Source: an uncultured Geobacter sp. | GTDB lineage: Bacteria > Desulfobacterota > Desulfuromonadia > Geobacterales > CAIOGM01 | DNA length: 64,000 bases | Assembly: GCA_903902855.1 (NCBI GenBank) | Contig: CAIUWK010000102.1 | Location: forward strand, 21,496-85,495 | Direction of reading: 5' to 3' | Shown here: one piece after another, positions 10,364-19,141 of the stretch | How positions within the stretch are numbered: the first letter of the stretch is position 1 | How the letters are laid out: each line of letters begins with the position of its first letter | The notes under the pieces: generated by a model | The model's input: the letters and a program-made list of their open reading frames with translations, nothing else | Told to the model about the DNA's origin: nothing | Database searches by the model: none | Translations under genes and position numbers: made by a program

Positions 10364-10783
10364 ATGGTGGAAAAAATCGAAGAGATGCGGGGCATACTCC
10401 TGAACATGAAGGAAGCAACCCTTGCAGAAATCAAGAAATCGCTTCGCACGGGGACAGATGCCCCTGAGGTGGAACCCAGTGGCGATATCTATGATCAGGC
10501 ATCCAGCGAGCGGGATCGCGAGCTTGATCTGCTGTTGGGAGATCGGGAACGGGAAAAACTCCGCAATATCGACGAGGCGCTGGACCGACTTTCCGATGGC
10601 GAGTACGGTGTGTGCGAGGAGTGCGAGGAGGATATCCCTCTTGGCCGGCTGAAGGTCCTCCCTTTTGCCCGCTACTGCGTACGGTGCAAGGCGGACATCG
10701 AAAAACTCCAGGCCCAGACCCGTCGCTTTGAGGAAGAGCGAGTCTACCGGGAGATTGCCTTCACGGAGGATGAGGAGACATAG
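10364..10783 (+). CDS. dksA: DksA/TraR family zinc-finger regulator
   Basis: Coiled-coil tip 'DIYDQA' (DxxDxA), 'YGVCEEC..I...RL...P.ARYCVRC'; GGAG before ATG 10364. Confidence 0.85.
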   Translation: MVEKIEEMRGILLNMKEATLAEIKKSLRTGTDAPEVEPSGDIYDQASSERDRELDLLLGDREREKLRNIDEALDRLSDGEYGVCEECEEDIPLGRLKVLPFARYCVRCKADIEKLQAQTRRFEEERVYREIAFTEDEET

Positions 10784-10811
10784 CAGCTCCCTCACCGGAA
10801 GAGTTCGACGT

Positions 10812-10839
10812 AAAAGGGGCTGACAATTCAGCCCCTTTT
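10812..10839. terminator. Bidirectional intrinsic terminator
   Basis: AAAAGGGGCTGA-caat-TCAGCCCCTTTT between convergent genes. Confidence 0.85.
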
Positions 10840-10853
10840 GCTTTGGACCTCCT

Positions 10854-12086
10854 TTATATCCGCCGGGATCCCTGATCGGATAGATCTCGCAGGATAGCGG
10901 TGACCATGGTTTTACCTTCGGTTTTTGACGCCGACAGCGCAATTTCGAATGGTTTCCAGTCGCCGGAGGCGCTATGCACCCGGTGCTCCCTGGTTTCCAC
11001 TATCATCCCATCGTCCCCAGCCGCCAGACGGGTGCCGATTTTCTCCCTGAGTCGTCCCCCTGCCTCGATGAATCGGTAAAAATCCTCCCCGATAATCTCC
11101 TGCCGTGATTTCCCCAGCAACCGTTCAGCCTTATCGTTGGAGATGACGATCTTCCCGTCTTCCATGAAGGTCACCACCGCCGACCGAGCCATACGGATGA
11201 AATTCCGATAACGCTCCTCCGACTCCCGACTCTGCTCGGTCTTTCGTTCCAGTTCGGCCATCATCTCGTTGAATGCCGCAATCAGCTGTCCGATTTCATC
11301 ATGCCCCCGCTGGGTAATCCGGTCGCTGAAGGTTCCGGTCCGAGCAACCCGGGTGATACTCCGCGCCACGAGGGATACGGGATTGATGACGGCCCGATGA
11401 ATAACGTAACCCATGGCAAGCAGCACCAGAAGAAACATCGCACCCCTGGTGATGAGATCGTGCCTGAGGTTCAGCGACATGGCCCGGTAGAGTTCGGCCA
11501 GAGGAATCGTCACCGACACGGCGCCGATAATCTCACCGGGATGGTAGTTATAGGAACTGTGTCCCCTGGGGAACCGCTGCTGCACGAAGGAAGGGGCCGT
11601 TTCATAGCTGCCGTGGCACTCCAGACATGATTTCTCGGTCTTCATGGGGAGCAGGTAGCGGAGGCTTTCCCCTTGCGCCCCATGGACGATATGAAAGGAT
11701 TCTTTAGTCGCGCCATTCACGAAACCTTTCAATTGCCCCTCCTCGTAGGGATCAGGACGATTGGCGGGGTTCCGAAAGCGGAGGGAGACCTGACGGACGT
11801 AGTAGGAGGTGTTCTTCGTTATTCGCTGAGCAATCCGGGTGGCGACAACCTGCGGCACCAGATTGTAGTTGCGGGACGGTTCATCGGTGAGGACCTCGGA
11901 CATATACTCCCGGGCCTCGATGATCTGACGGGCGATGATCCTGGCGTTGTCAACCTCACCCATGATGATCAGTTTCTGTTGTCGCTGGTAGCCGTAGAGC
12001 GCACCAAAGATGAAGAGAGCGACCATGCAGAGGGTGAGAATAAAGGTGAACTTGGTAGTGATTCCAAGGTTGGTGAACCAGGACAT
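10854..12086 (-). CDS. Membrane sensor: DUF3365/Tll0287-like heme c domain + HAMP + PAS, no output domain
   Basis: TM, 'VSLRFRNPANRPD.YE', 'SCLECHG', TM, HAMP 'DEIGQLIAAFNEM', PAS 'SNDKAERLLG'; stops shortly after 'ILRDLS'. Confidence 0.85.
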   Translation of the reverse strand: MSWFTNLGITTKFTFILTLCMVALFIFGALYGYQRQQKLIIMGEVDNARIIARQIIEAREYMSEVLTDEPSRNYNLVPQVVATRIAQRITKNTSYYVRQVSLRFRNPANRPDPYEEGQLKGFVNGATKESFHIVHGAQGESLRYLLPMKTEKSCLECHGSYETAPSFVQQRFPRGHSSYNYHPGEIIGAVSVTIPLAELYRAMSLNLRHDLITRGAMFLLVLLAMGYVIHRAVINPVSLVARSITRVARTGTFSDRITQRGHDEIGQLIAAFNEMMAELERKTEQSRESEERYRNFIRMARSAVVTFMEDGKIVISNDKAERLLGKSRQEIIGEDFYRFIEAGGRLREKIGTRLAAGDDGMIVETREHRVHSASGDWKPFEIALSASKTEGKTMVTAILRDLSDQGSRRI

Positions 12087-12161
12087 GGGGCCTCCACGGC
12101 TGCAGACGGTTGCGCTAGTATACCCGGCGAGCCGAAGGAGGCAAGAGAAAAGGGATCAACC

Positions 12162-12190
12162 TTGACGCGAGAAGAGATCAGGAGTATTTT
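12162..12190 (+). promoter_or_regulatory. Sigma-70 promoter upstream of ppk2
   Basis: TTGACG - 17 nt - TATTTT. Confidence 0.45.
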
Positions 12191-12315
12191 TCGACTGTTC
12201 CGGCGTTCCCGCTGTCATTCAGGAGCTAACTCGGATGGCACGGGAAATCACCTGATTTCTCGAGAATGGGGCGGCGTCCGGACACCCCGGGAAAAAGAGA
12301 CGGACAGACAAGGAG

Positions 12316-13272
12316 ATGCCAACCATGGATAAACTCAATGCAAATAAGGTTAAAAATTTTGCAGTTCCCTACCGGATCATCGATGGTAAAAAATTCCGTT
12401 TGGCCGATATAGATCCCTCCGACACCAACGGCCTCACCTCCAAGAAGAGCGCCCAAAAGCTGCTTCAGGAGGGGATCGTCCATTTGAGCAGGATGCAGGA
12501 AAAGCTTTACGCCCAGAATCGTCGGGGTTTACTCCTTATCTTTCAGGCCATGGACGCGGCAGGCAAAGATGGCGCCATCAAACATGTCATGTCCGGCATC
12601 AACCCTCAGGGGTGTCAGGTCTACTCCTTCAAATCGCCATCCACCGAAGAACTGGACCACGACTTTCTCTGGCGAACCTCCAAATGCCTCCCGGAACGGG
12701 GAAGAATCGGCATTTTCAATCGCTCCTACTACGAAGAGGTCCTTGCCGTCCGGGTCCACCCGGAATTTCTAACGAAACAGAAGCTCCCCGCGGAGTTTGT
12801 AACGAAAGCCATCTGGAAGGAACGATTCGAAGACATCAATGCCTTCGAACGATATGCCACCAGAAACGGCATCACCGTTCTTAAATTCTTCCTGCACCTC
12901 TCCAAGAAAGAGCAGAAGAAACGCTTTCTGGAACGCCTGGATAATCCGGATAAGAACTGGAAGTTCTCCATGGCGGACGCCACGGAGCGTGGTTACTGGG
13001 ATGAGTATATGTCTGCCTACGAAGAGATGATCCGCGCCACGGCGACGAAACATGCGCCGTGGTATGTGGCGCCTGCGGACAATAAGTGGTTCACCCGCCT
13101 CGTGGTGGCAGGGGCTATTCATGATACCATGGACGAGATGAAGCTGACGTTTCCCACCGTGGATGATGAAAAACGTAAAGAATTGGCAGCTGCGCGATCT
13201 GCTCTCCAAGGTGAAACGGGGCATGAGCACCGGTCAGTCCGTATGATGCCCGAAATGGGCAACAGCATCTGA
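12316..13272 (+). CDS. ppk2: Polyphosphate kinase 2 family (class III-like)
   Basis: 'FQAMDAAGKDG','FNRSYYEEVL','KFFLHLSKKEQ','KNWKFS','APWYVAPADNKW'. Confidence 0.93.
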   Translation: MPTMDKLNANKVKNFAVPYRIIDGKKFRLADIDPSDTNGLTSKKSAQKLLQEGIVHLSRMQEKLYAQNRRGLLLIFQAMDAAGKDGAIKHVMSGINPQGCQVYSFKSPSTEELDHDFLWRTSKCLPERGRIGIFNRSYYEEVLAVRVHPEFLTKQKLPAEFVTKAIWKERFEDINAFERYATRNGITVLKFFLHLSKKEQKKRFLERLDNPDKNWKFSMADATERGYWDEYMSAYEEMIRATATKHAPWYVAPADNKWFTRLVVAGAIHDTMDEMKLTFPTVDDEKRKELAAARSALQGETGHEHRSVRMMPEMGNSI

Positions 13273-13297
13273 ACACGGAAATTCTTATCCATGAAGG

Positions 13298-14818
13298 ATG
13301 TCTCTCACAATGAACTACCGCAGTAAGCTTATCACATTCCTCTTGATACTCCTCTGGGGGGTATCCGGCGTAGAGGCATCACCGATTACCGATGGCCTCT
13401 CTTTCCCGCTTTCTCTTGAGAGCTATAAAGACACGGGAATGACCGACCTTCTGGCCATTCTCACCCACCGCATAGAGGTCGAACCGCTGAATCTATGGGC
13501 ATCGCTTCTGTTTCTGGGGGCGGTGGTTCATACCTTCTTCACAGCCTGGTTTCATCGCCTTGCCAGCTCATTGGAACGCCGACACAGGGGAGAGCTTCGT
13601 GCGAGGGGAGAAGAGACACCCGACATCACCGTCGTGGCCTGCGGTACGGCACGGCTCTGTCACTTCCTGGGGGAGGTCGAGGCTGTGTTCGGGATCTGGG
13701 TGATCCCCCTGCTCCTGATGCTCACGGCCGCCATCGGCCTGAAACCGGCTCTGGAGTATGTGGAAAAAGGGGTCACTTACGACGAGGTACTCTTCGTCGT
13801 GGTCATCATGGCCATCTCGTCAACCCGTCCGATCCTGCAACTGGCCGAACAATGTCTTGCGGTTTTTGCCCGTATGGGGGGTAACCGGACTCAGGCATGG
13901 TGGTTTTCCATCCTGACGGTGGGGCCGCTGCTCGGGTCGCTCATCACCGAACCGGCAGCAATGACCATCTCTGCCCTGCTCCTGGGGAGGCGTTTCTATG
14001 CTCTCAAGCCTTCCCCCCGCTTTGCCTACGCCACCCTTGGCCTCCTCTTCGTCAATATCTCCGTCGGCGGTACGCTCACCAACTTCGCGGCACCACCGGT
14101 ATTGATGGTGACCGCCCCCTGGGGCTGGGACACCGTCTACATGATGACCCATTTCGGATGGATAGCAGTCGTGGGAATAGTACTCAGTAACGCTCTTTAT
14201 TTCCTTTTGTTCAGAAAGGAGTTCACAACGCTTCAACCAGCAGTTGTTGCCGACACCCCTAAGGAGCTTCTCCGACCGATCCCGGTTTGGGTCACTGCTA
14301 TCCATCTATTTTTCATGGCATCTGCGGTCTACAACGTTCATCGTCCGGCGCTGCTGGTGGGAAGCTTTCTCTTCTTTCTGGCCTTCTTCGAGGTAACCGA
14401 GGATTATCAGGATACCTTTCAACTCCGCTCTCCCATCCTGGTGGGGTTCTTCCTGGCCGGGCTGGTGATCCATGGGGGACTTCAGCAGTGGTGGATCGCG
14501 CCGGTTCTGGGGGGGCTGAACGAACTCCCCCTGATGTTTGGTGCCCTCGGGCTCACTGCGGTGAATGACAATGCGGCCATTACCTTCCTCGCTACACTCG
14601 TGCCCAACATGACCGAATCCATGAAACATGCCGTCATGTCTGGTGCAGTAATAGGTGGGGGGCTGACCGTGATCGCCAATGCGCCAAATCCCGCCGGCCA
14701 GTCCATCCTTGGGGATTATTTTCAGGACGGAATCTCGCCTCTGGGATTGCTGCTGGGGGCACTCGCCCCCACAGCATTGATGTGCGTCTGCTTTATCCTG
14801 CTTCCCCAAGCTGGCTGA
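13298..14818 (+). CDS. Putative Na+/H+ antiporter (DUF1504-like) membrane protein
   Basis: Many TM helices; 'HFLGEVEAVFGIW','ITEPAAMT','GGTLTNFAAPPVLMV','DNAAIT','GGGLTVIANAPNPAG'. Confidence 0.85.
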   Translation: MSLTMNYRSKLITFLLILLWGVSGVEASPITDGLSFPLSLESYKDTGMTDLLAILTHRIEVEPLNLWASLLFLGAVVHTFFTAWFHRLASSLERRHRGELRARGEETPDITVVACGTARLCHFLGEVEAVFGIWVIPLLLMLTAAIGLKPALEYVEKGVTYDEVLFVVVIMAISSTRPILQLAEQCLAVFARMGGNRTQAWWFSILTVGPLLGSLITEPAAMTISALLLGRRFYALKPSPRFAYATLGLLFVNISVGGTLTNFAAPPVLMVTAPWGWDTVYMMTHFGWIAVVGIVLSNALYFLLFRKEFTTLQPAVVADTPKELLRPIPVWVTAIHLFFMASAVYNVHRPALLVGSFLFFLAFFEVTEDYQDTFQLRSPILVGFFLAGLVIHGGLQQWWIAPVLGGLNELPLMFGALGLTAVNDNAAITFLATLVPNMTESMKHAVMSGAVIGGGLTVIANAPNPAGQSILGDYFQDGISPLGLLLGALAPTALMCVCFILLPQAG

Positions 14819-14862
14819 CCCCACCCGACGGCAACGTCAGTCTCTCCGGGAATCGAAAAAAT

Positions 14863-15165
14863 TCAGTTAATCAGGGGGGAGTCGTAGTCGGCCGAAACGA
14901 TAGCGGAGCAGACGGAACGCATGTGAGGGAGGATGGTTCCGGCATGATAGGGGTCGATCTGATAGGCCTTGAGTTCTTCCAGAGAGTCTAACCGGGTTAC
15001 GAGAGCTATATCGTAGGAACGCTCGGAGCGGACGAGATCAACCCCCACTTCCAGGTAGCGAAGTTGCGGAACCTTACCTTCCATGCTGAGCAACAGCTCA
15101 CGGGTAGTGGTGATTGTGTCGGGACGAGGGTCGATGAGCTTAAACAGGACGATGTGTGTGATCAT
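14863..15165 (-). CDS. Dabb family stress-responsive alpha/beta barrel protein
   Basis: 'MITHIVLFKL','LEVGVD','YQIDPYH','ADY'. Confidence 0.9.
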   Translation of the reverse strand: MITHIVLFKLIDPRPDTITTTRELLLSMEGKVPQLRYLEVGVDLVRSERSYDIALVTRLDSLEELKAYQIDPYHAGTILPHMRSVCSAIVSADYDSPLIN

Positions 15166-15392
15166 GGGCTGCTCCTTCTGCTGGGGATGAAATTCCTACT
15201 GACTTTGTATCCGAGGAAGACGCAGGTGTCAATGCCGGATACTCTTCCGGCTCCGCTACCGGCGCTCTGAGATCGACTGCCGCATAAAAAAACTCATAGA
15301 ATCACCGATTAAATATAATTACATGCCACGATCAATCTGTTACTCTATAACAAATCCTCAACAGATCCTGATAACTTTTGGAGGAGTGGCCC

Positions 15393-15692
15393 ATGTCCAA
15401 CGCTTTTGAAGATCGGGAGAAAGCCCTGGAAAACGAGTATATTTACCGGCACGAAAACGAAGTTATCCGGAGGACAAAAGCAGAATCCCGAGAAAAGGTA
15501 ATACGTGAGCTGTGTAAAAATCGGTGTCCCAAGTGCGGAGACCCCATCGTACCGGTAACCTTCCGTGGCGTACCGCTTGACCGCTGCCCCGGTTGCGGAG
15601 GAGTCTGGCTTGGCCCTGACGACTTGCGGATTTTTGCCTCCAAGGACCACCGAACCTGGTTTGAGCAGTGGTTCATGAATGAGAACGGATAG
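15393..15692 (+). CDS. zf-TFIIB-type zinc-ribbon protein
   Basis: GGAGGAG RBS; 'AFEDREKALENEY','CPKCG','LDRCPGCGGVWL'. Confidence 0.85.
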   Translation: MSNAFEDREKALENEYIYRHENEVIRRTKAESREKVIRELCKNRCPKCGDPIVPVTFRGVPLDRCPGCGGVWLGPDDLRIFASKDHRTWFEQWFMNENG

Positions 15693-15695
15693 CCA

Positions 15696-16004
15696 TTGAA
15701 ACCTCTACTCTTCTTTCTCCTTCTTGCGTTTCTGGGTACCGCTTCGGTCATAAAGCCTGACCAACTCTCCCATGAAAAAAAGATTTACGAGACGGCAATC
15801 GGCTCGTCCGCGCCGCCGGCAGCGGAACTTTATCGCCTTCCGGAGTGGGAGGAACTGAAGTTCCGGGATTTCTATTTTTGCACGGCAACACAGAGCAAAG
15901 GACGCAACTCCATTGTAACCTTCGGTTTTTTCCGTTACATCAAGGTGCTGGATACAGCGTGGTGGTCGAGCCCCTTGGGCAAGAAATCGGTACCGCAGGA
16001 GTGA
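15696..16004 (+). CDS. Hypothetical exported or membrane-anchored protein
   Basis: TTG start 3 nt after the previous stop; N-terminal hydrophobic helix; co-oriented with neighbours. Confidence 0.55.
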   Translation: MKPLLFFLLLAFLGTASVIKPDQLSHEKKIYETAIGSSAPPAAELYRLPEWEELKFRDFYFCTATQSKGRNSIVTFGFFRYIKVLDTAWWSSPLGKKSVPQE

Positions 16005-16071
16005 CGACCACGTTTCCCCTTGAAACGCTTCGTCGACTCTTCATCGCCATCAACCTTCCGGAGTATCCCCT

Positions 16072-16848
16072 CTGTTCCTCCTAAAAAAAATAGTCAGCGC
16101 AGCCATTCTTCCTCCCGGCTGCCTCATCATCATCCTTTTCAGCGCCGGGTTCTGGCTGCTCTGCCACCGACGTCGCTCTTGCGGACTCTTTATCATGATG
16201 ATGGGACTCATCCTCTGGGGGCTGTCTCTGTGCCCGGTTGCAAACCATCTCATGAAAGGGTTGGAAGATGGGGTAACGATCCCGGCTCGACTCAGTGGTG
16301 ATGTCATAATTCTTCTGGGAGGAGGGGTTAACGATGGTGTTCAAGACCTTACGGGGATCGGGGTGCCGTCCGATGACATGATGTCACGCATCGTCACTGC
16401 GGTGCGTGCCCAGAAGCGGATGGGAGTGCCGGTGATCGTGAGCGGCGGCGCGCCGGAAGAAACCGGCACCCCTGAGGCATGGATCGTGCGGCGGTTCTTG
16501 CAGGATCTGGGAGTACCACCGGTCAAAATCCTCACGGAAGAGCAGAGCAAGGATACCGTGGAGAATGCCCGGTATGTTTCAGAGATCTGTGCCCGACGCG
16601 GCTTCCATCGTCCCCTTCTGGTGACCTCCGGCTATCACATGAAGCAGGCGTGCCTGTTATTTCAACGGTTTCACCTCAGGGTCACTCCGCTACCGGCAAG
16701 TTTACGATACAATGGTCGTAGCGAGATCACCCTCTACACCTTTCTACCATCGGTCATGTATCTTGCGACTACGGTGACCGCGCTACACGAACAACTGGGA
16801 CTCTTGTTTTATCGCCGGCACCTGACAGACCCTCAACCGGGAAAGTAA
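16072..16848 (+). CDS. YdcF/ElyC (DUF218) family envelope protein, probable CTG start
   Basis: 'IILLGGG','VIVSGG','EEQSKDTVENA','LVTSGYHM','HEQLG'; frame open upstream of ATG 16195 as (CTG)FLLKKIVSAAILPPG with GGAG 8 nt before. Confidence 0.85.
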   Translation: MFLLKKIVSAAILPPGCLIIILFSAGFWLLCHRRRSCGLFIMMMGLILWGLSLCPVANHLMKGLEDGVTIPARLSGDVIILLGGGVNDGVQDLTGIGVPSDDMMSRIVTAVRAQKRMGVPVIVSGGAPEETGTPEAWIVRRFLQDLGVPPVKILTEEQSKDTVENARYVSEICARRGFHRPLLVTSGYHMKQACLLFQRFHLRVTPLPASLRYNGRSEITLYTFLPSVMYLATTVTALHEQLGLLFYRRHLTDPQPGK

Positions 16849-16883
16849 GATATGCCGGATCGGATTCTTGAATTTCAGAGATA

Positions 16884-16923
16884 AGCACGAAAAAGGCGAC
16901 CATCAGGTCGCCTTTTTCGTGCT
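16884..16923. terminator. Bidirectional intrinsic terminator
   Basis: AGCACGAAAAAGGCGACC-atca-GGTCGCCTTTTTCGTGCT, perfect 18-bp stem between convergent genes. Confidence 0.9.
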
Positions 16924-16946
16924 ACAGATAGTATGAACTATGCATA

Positions 16947-17906
16947 TCAGCTACGGCTACGACGTCTCACCACCAATAACCCGGCAAGACCTGCGCCTAC
17001 CAGGACAATGGTAGCAGGCTCGGGGACCAAAGGAGCTTTAATAGACGGCGTGATGATGGATGAATCCACCAAGATCAAGACATCGTTGTAGTCATCATCC
17101 CCCAAAGTAGTCCCATATTCAGGGTGCAATGGGTTATAGGATGCTGTCGCAGAGCGATCTTTAAAACCGATGAGCATGGCATTTGCCCCAAACGTATGCG
17201 TCAAAGTACCACCCGACGGATCCGCATACGTATACGTCAAACCTGCAAGTTCCGGAAGGGCGTAACCAATCAGGTGATCATATCCGTCGGCATTGAGAAA
17301 TGCCTCCGAGTAATACGTAGTGGTCTTACCAGTTCTCCAATCGGTACTATCAATGTACCACCCCATGGTATTAGCCGGTGCAACAAAGTTTGCGACCTTA
17401 TTAAACGGATCTGCTGCAGTACCTGACCCGTACATACTGAAATCTTGTCCGGTACTCCCCACTGACGGGTATTTAACAATTGATGGATTTGATGTTTCCG
17501 GAGTCCTGAGATAATAGCCTAGTTTATTGGTGTTCATCGCCGCGCTGCCGAGGATGATAAAAGAGATCTGTGATGCTTTTTCAGAATTGAATGCACTATT
17601 TGTACTAATCAGAGCAGTATCAAGCTGCTCGTTTCTCGTAAGGGGTGTGGTTGACGGAGTTCCCAGAGTTGTCGAAGCGTTCAGATTGGTGTTTAACGTG
17701 TTTACGACCTTGTAGAAATCCATATTGGTCCCCGTCATCTGGGGCGTTGGGGTTCCATTAGCAGCGTTGCCGTTGTATGTAATCGGATTTCCATTGATGT
17801 CCTTAAGTGTTTCCGACATCATCGCATCAAATACTAACGCATGAGCTGCGCCACCCGTTCCAAGAATTACACCCATCGCCAGAATGGCAAGAGATTTCCT
17901 ATTCAT
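16947..17906 (-). CDS. PEP-CTERM surface protein with DUF4114-like domain
   Basis: Signal peptide ending AHA; Thr/Asn/Ser-rich; 'IGFKD...GDDDYNDVLILV'; C-terminus 'VPEPATIVLVGAGLAGLLVVRRRSRS'; visibly more AT-rich than flanks. Confidence 0.92.
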   Translation of the reverse strand: MNRKSLAILAMGVILGTGGAAHALVFDAMMSETLKDINGNPITYNGNAANGTPTPQMTGTNMDFYKVVNTLNTNLNASTTLGTPSTTPLTRNEQLDTALISTNSAFNSEKASQISFIILGSAAMNTNKLGYYLRTPETSNPSIVKYPSVGSTGQDFSMYGSGTAADPFNKVANFVAPANTMGWYIDSTDWRTGKTTTYYSEAFLNADGYDHLIGYALPELAGLTYTYADPSGGTLTHTFGANAMLIGFKDRSATASYNPLHPEYGTTLGDDDYNDVLILVDSSIITPSIKAPLVPEPATIVLVGAGLAGLLVVRRRSRS

Positions 17907-17954
17907 TGTTCATACCTCTCATGATTAAAATAAAGGAGTAGCAAGAAACATAAC

Positions 17955-17970
17955 TGCAATATGTGTGCCA
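17955..17970 (-). promoter_or_regulatory. Sigma-54 (-24/-12) promoter of the PEP-CTERM gene
   Basis: Minus strand TGGCAC-ACATA-TTGCA, about 50 nt upstream of the ATG. Confidence 0.85.
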
Positions 17971-18032
17971 TCAGTTCTCATCCTCGGACACCGACTAAGG
18001 TGCTGAAATGACGTCACGTAATAGTATATAGC

Positions 18033-18080
18033 TGTAAAGTATTCCGACACATTGCGAAGTGACTGTAAAGTATTCCGTCA
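18033..18080. promoter_or_regulatory. Tandem enhancer sites (PrsR-type TGT-N11-ACA)
   Basis: TGTAAAGTATTCCGACA (18033) and TGTAAAGTATTCCGTCA (18064), 31 nt apart, upstream of the sigma-54 promoter. Confidence 0.75.
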
Positions 18081-18142
18081 ATTTTGGCAACAACAATCCG
18101 CGAAAGAACCGACAAACATCGTGCGTTCCAACGAGGATAAGG

Positions 18143-19141
18143 TTATAGCACCTGTTTTTCTTTCAACCACTTATGGAGCATTACGAACCCCTCCTCCAGT
18201 GAAACCTTCGGCTCATAATTGAGATCCCGACGGGCCGCAGCAAGTGTGAACCAGTGTGCAGTGGCAAGTTCCCGAGCCACAAAACGGGTCATCGGCGGCT
18301 CCCCTGATAGCTGGAGGATGCTCCAAAGCGTTTCACAAACGACGCCGGCCAGAGAGGCCATTCCTGGAGACACAGTTTGAGTCACCGGGGGAAGAGCGGC
18401 AGCGGCGAGAATACGGTTCACCATCTCCCAAAGAGGGATCGGCTCCCCGTTGGTTATGAAATAGCTCTTCCCCGCCACCTCTGATCCGGGAAAAAGCCGG
18501 TCTCCAGCCAGAAGGTGAGCCTGGGCGGCATTATCCACGTAAACGGTATCAACCAGGCAGGGACGATCTCCGATCCGCCGGAGTCTTCGTGCGCGGGCCT
18601 TCGCCAGGAGACGCGGGACCAGATGATTATCACCGGGGCCCCAGATGAGATGAGGGCGAAGCGAGACAGTGGCAAGAGAGGACGAGTTTGCCGCCAGAAC
18701 CATCTGTTCCGCCATGGCCTTGGTCCGGGGATAATGAGCCTCGTAGCGGGAAGGATAAGGAAGCGATTCGTCCCCGCCTTCCACGTCCCGGCCATCGAAG
18801 ATCACACTGGGGGAGCTGGTGTAGACGAGCCGTTGGATGCCGTGGGCCCGGCAGGCCGCAAAGACGTTCTCCGTACCGGTAACATTCGCCTGATAAAACT
18901 CCTGATATGGCCCCCAGATGCCGGCCTTGGCCGCCACATGGAAGACGATATCGCACCCACTCGCAGCACAAAAGAGCGCGTCCCGTTCCGTCAGGTCACC
19001 CCGGAACTGTTGAACTCCGAGCTTGGCCAGCCCCGGATGTTCGCCCCGGGAGAAGCTCCGCACCTCATCTCCCCGCTCAAGGAGCTGCCGCACGATTACC
19101 CCCCCCAGAAAACCGCCGCCACCGGTGACCAGGACCTTCAC
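18143..19141 (-). CDS. oleD: OleD, 2-alkyl-3-oxoalkanoate reductase (extended SDR)
   Basis: 'VLVTGGGGFLG','HVAAKAGIWG','YTSSPSV','YPRTK','LRPHLIWGPGD'; follows oleABC. Confidence 0.9.
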   Translation of the reverse strand: MKVLVTGGGGFLGGVIVRQLLERGDEVRSFSRGEHPGLAKLGVQQFRGDLTERDALFCAASGCDIVFHVAAKAGIWGPYQEFYQANVTGTENVFAACRAHGIQRLVYTSSPSVIFDGRDVEGGDESLPYPSRYEAHYPRTKAMAEQMVLAANSSSLATVSLRPHLIWGPGDNHLVPRLLAKARARRLRRIGDRPCLVDTVYVDNAAQAHLLAGDRLFPGSEVAGKSYFITNGEPIPLWEMVNRILAAAALPPVTQTVSPGMASLAGVVCETLWSILQLSGEPPMTRFVARELATAHWFTLAAARRDLNYEPKVSLEEGFVMLHKWLKEKQVL

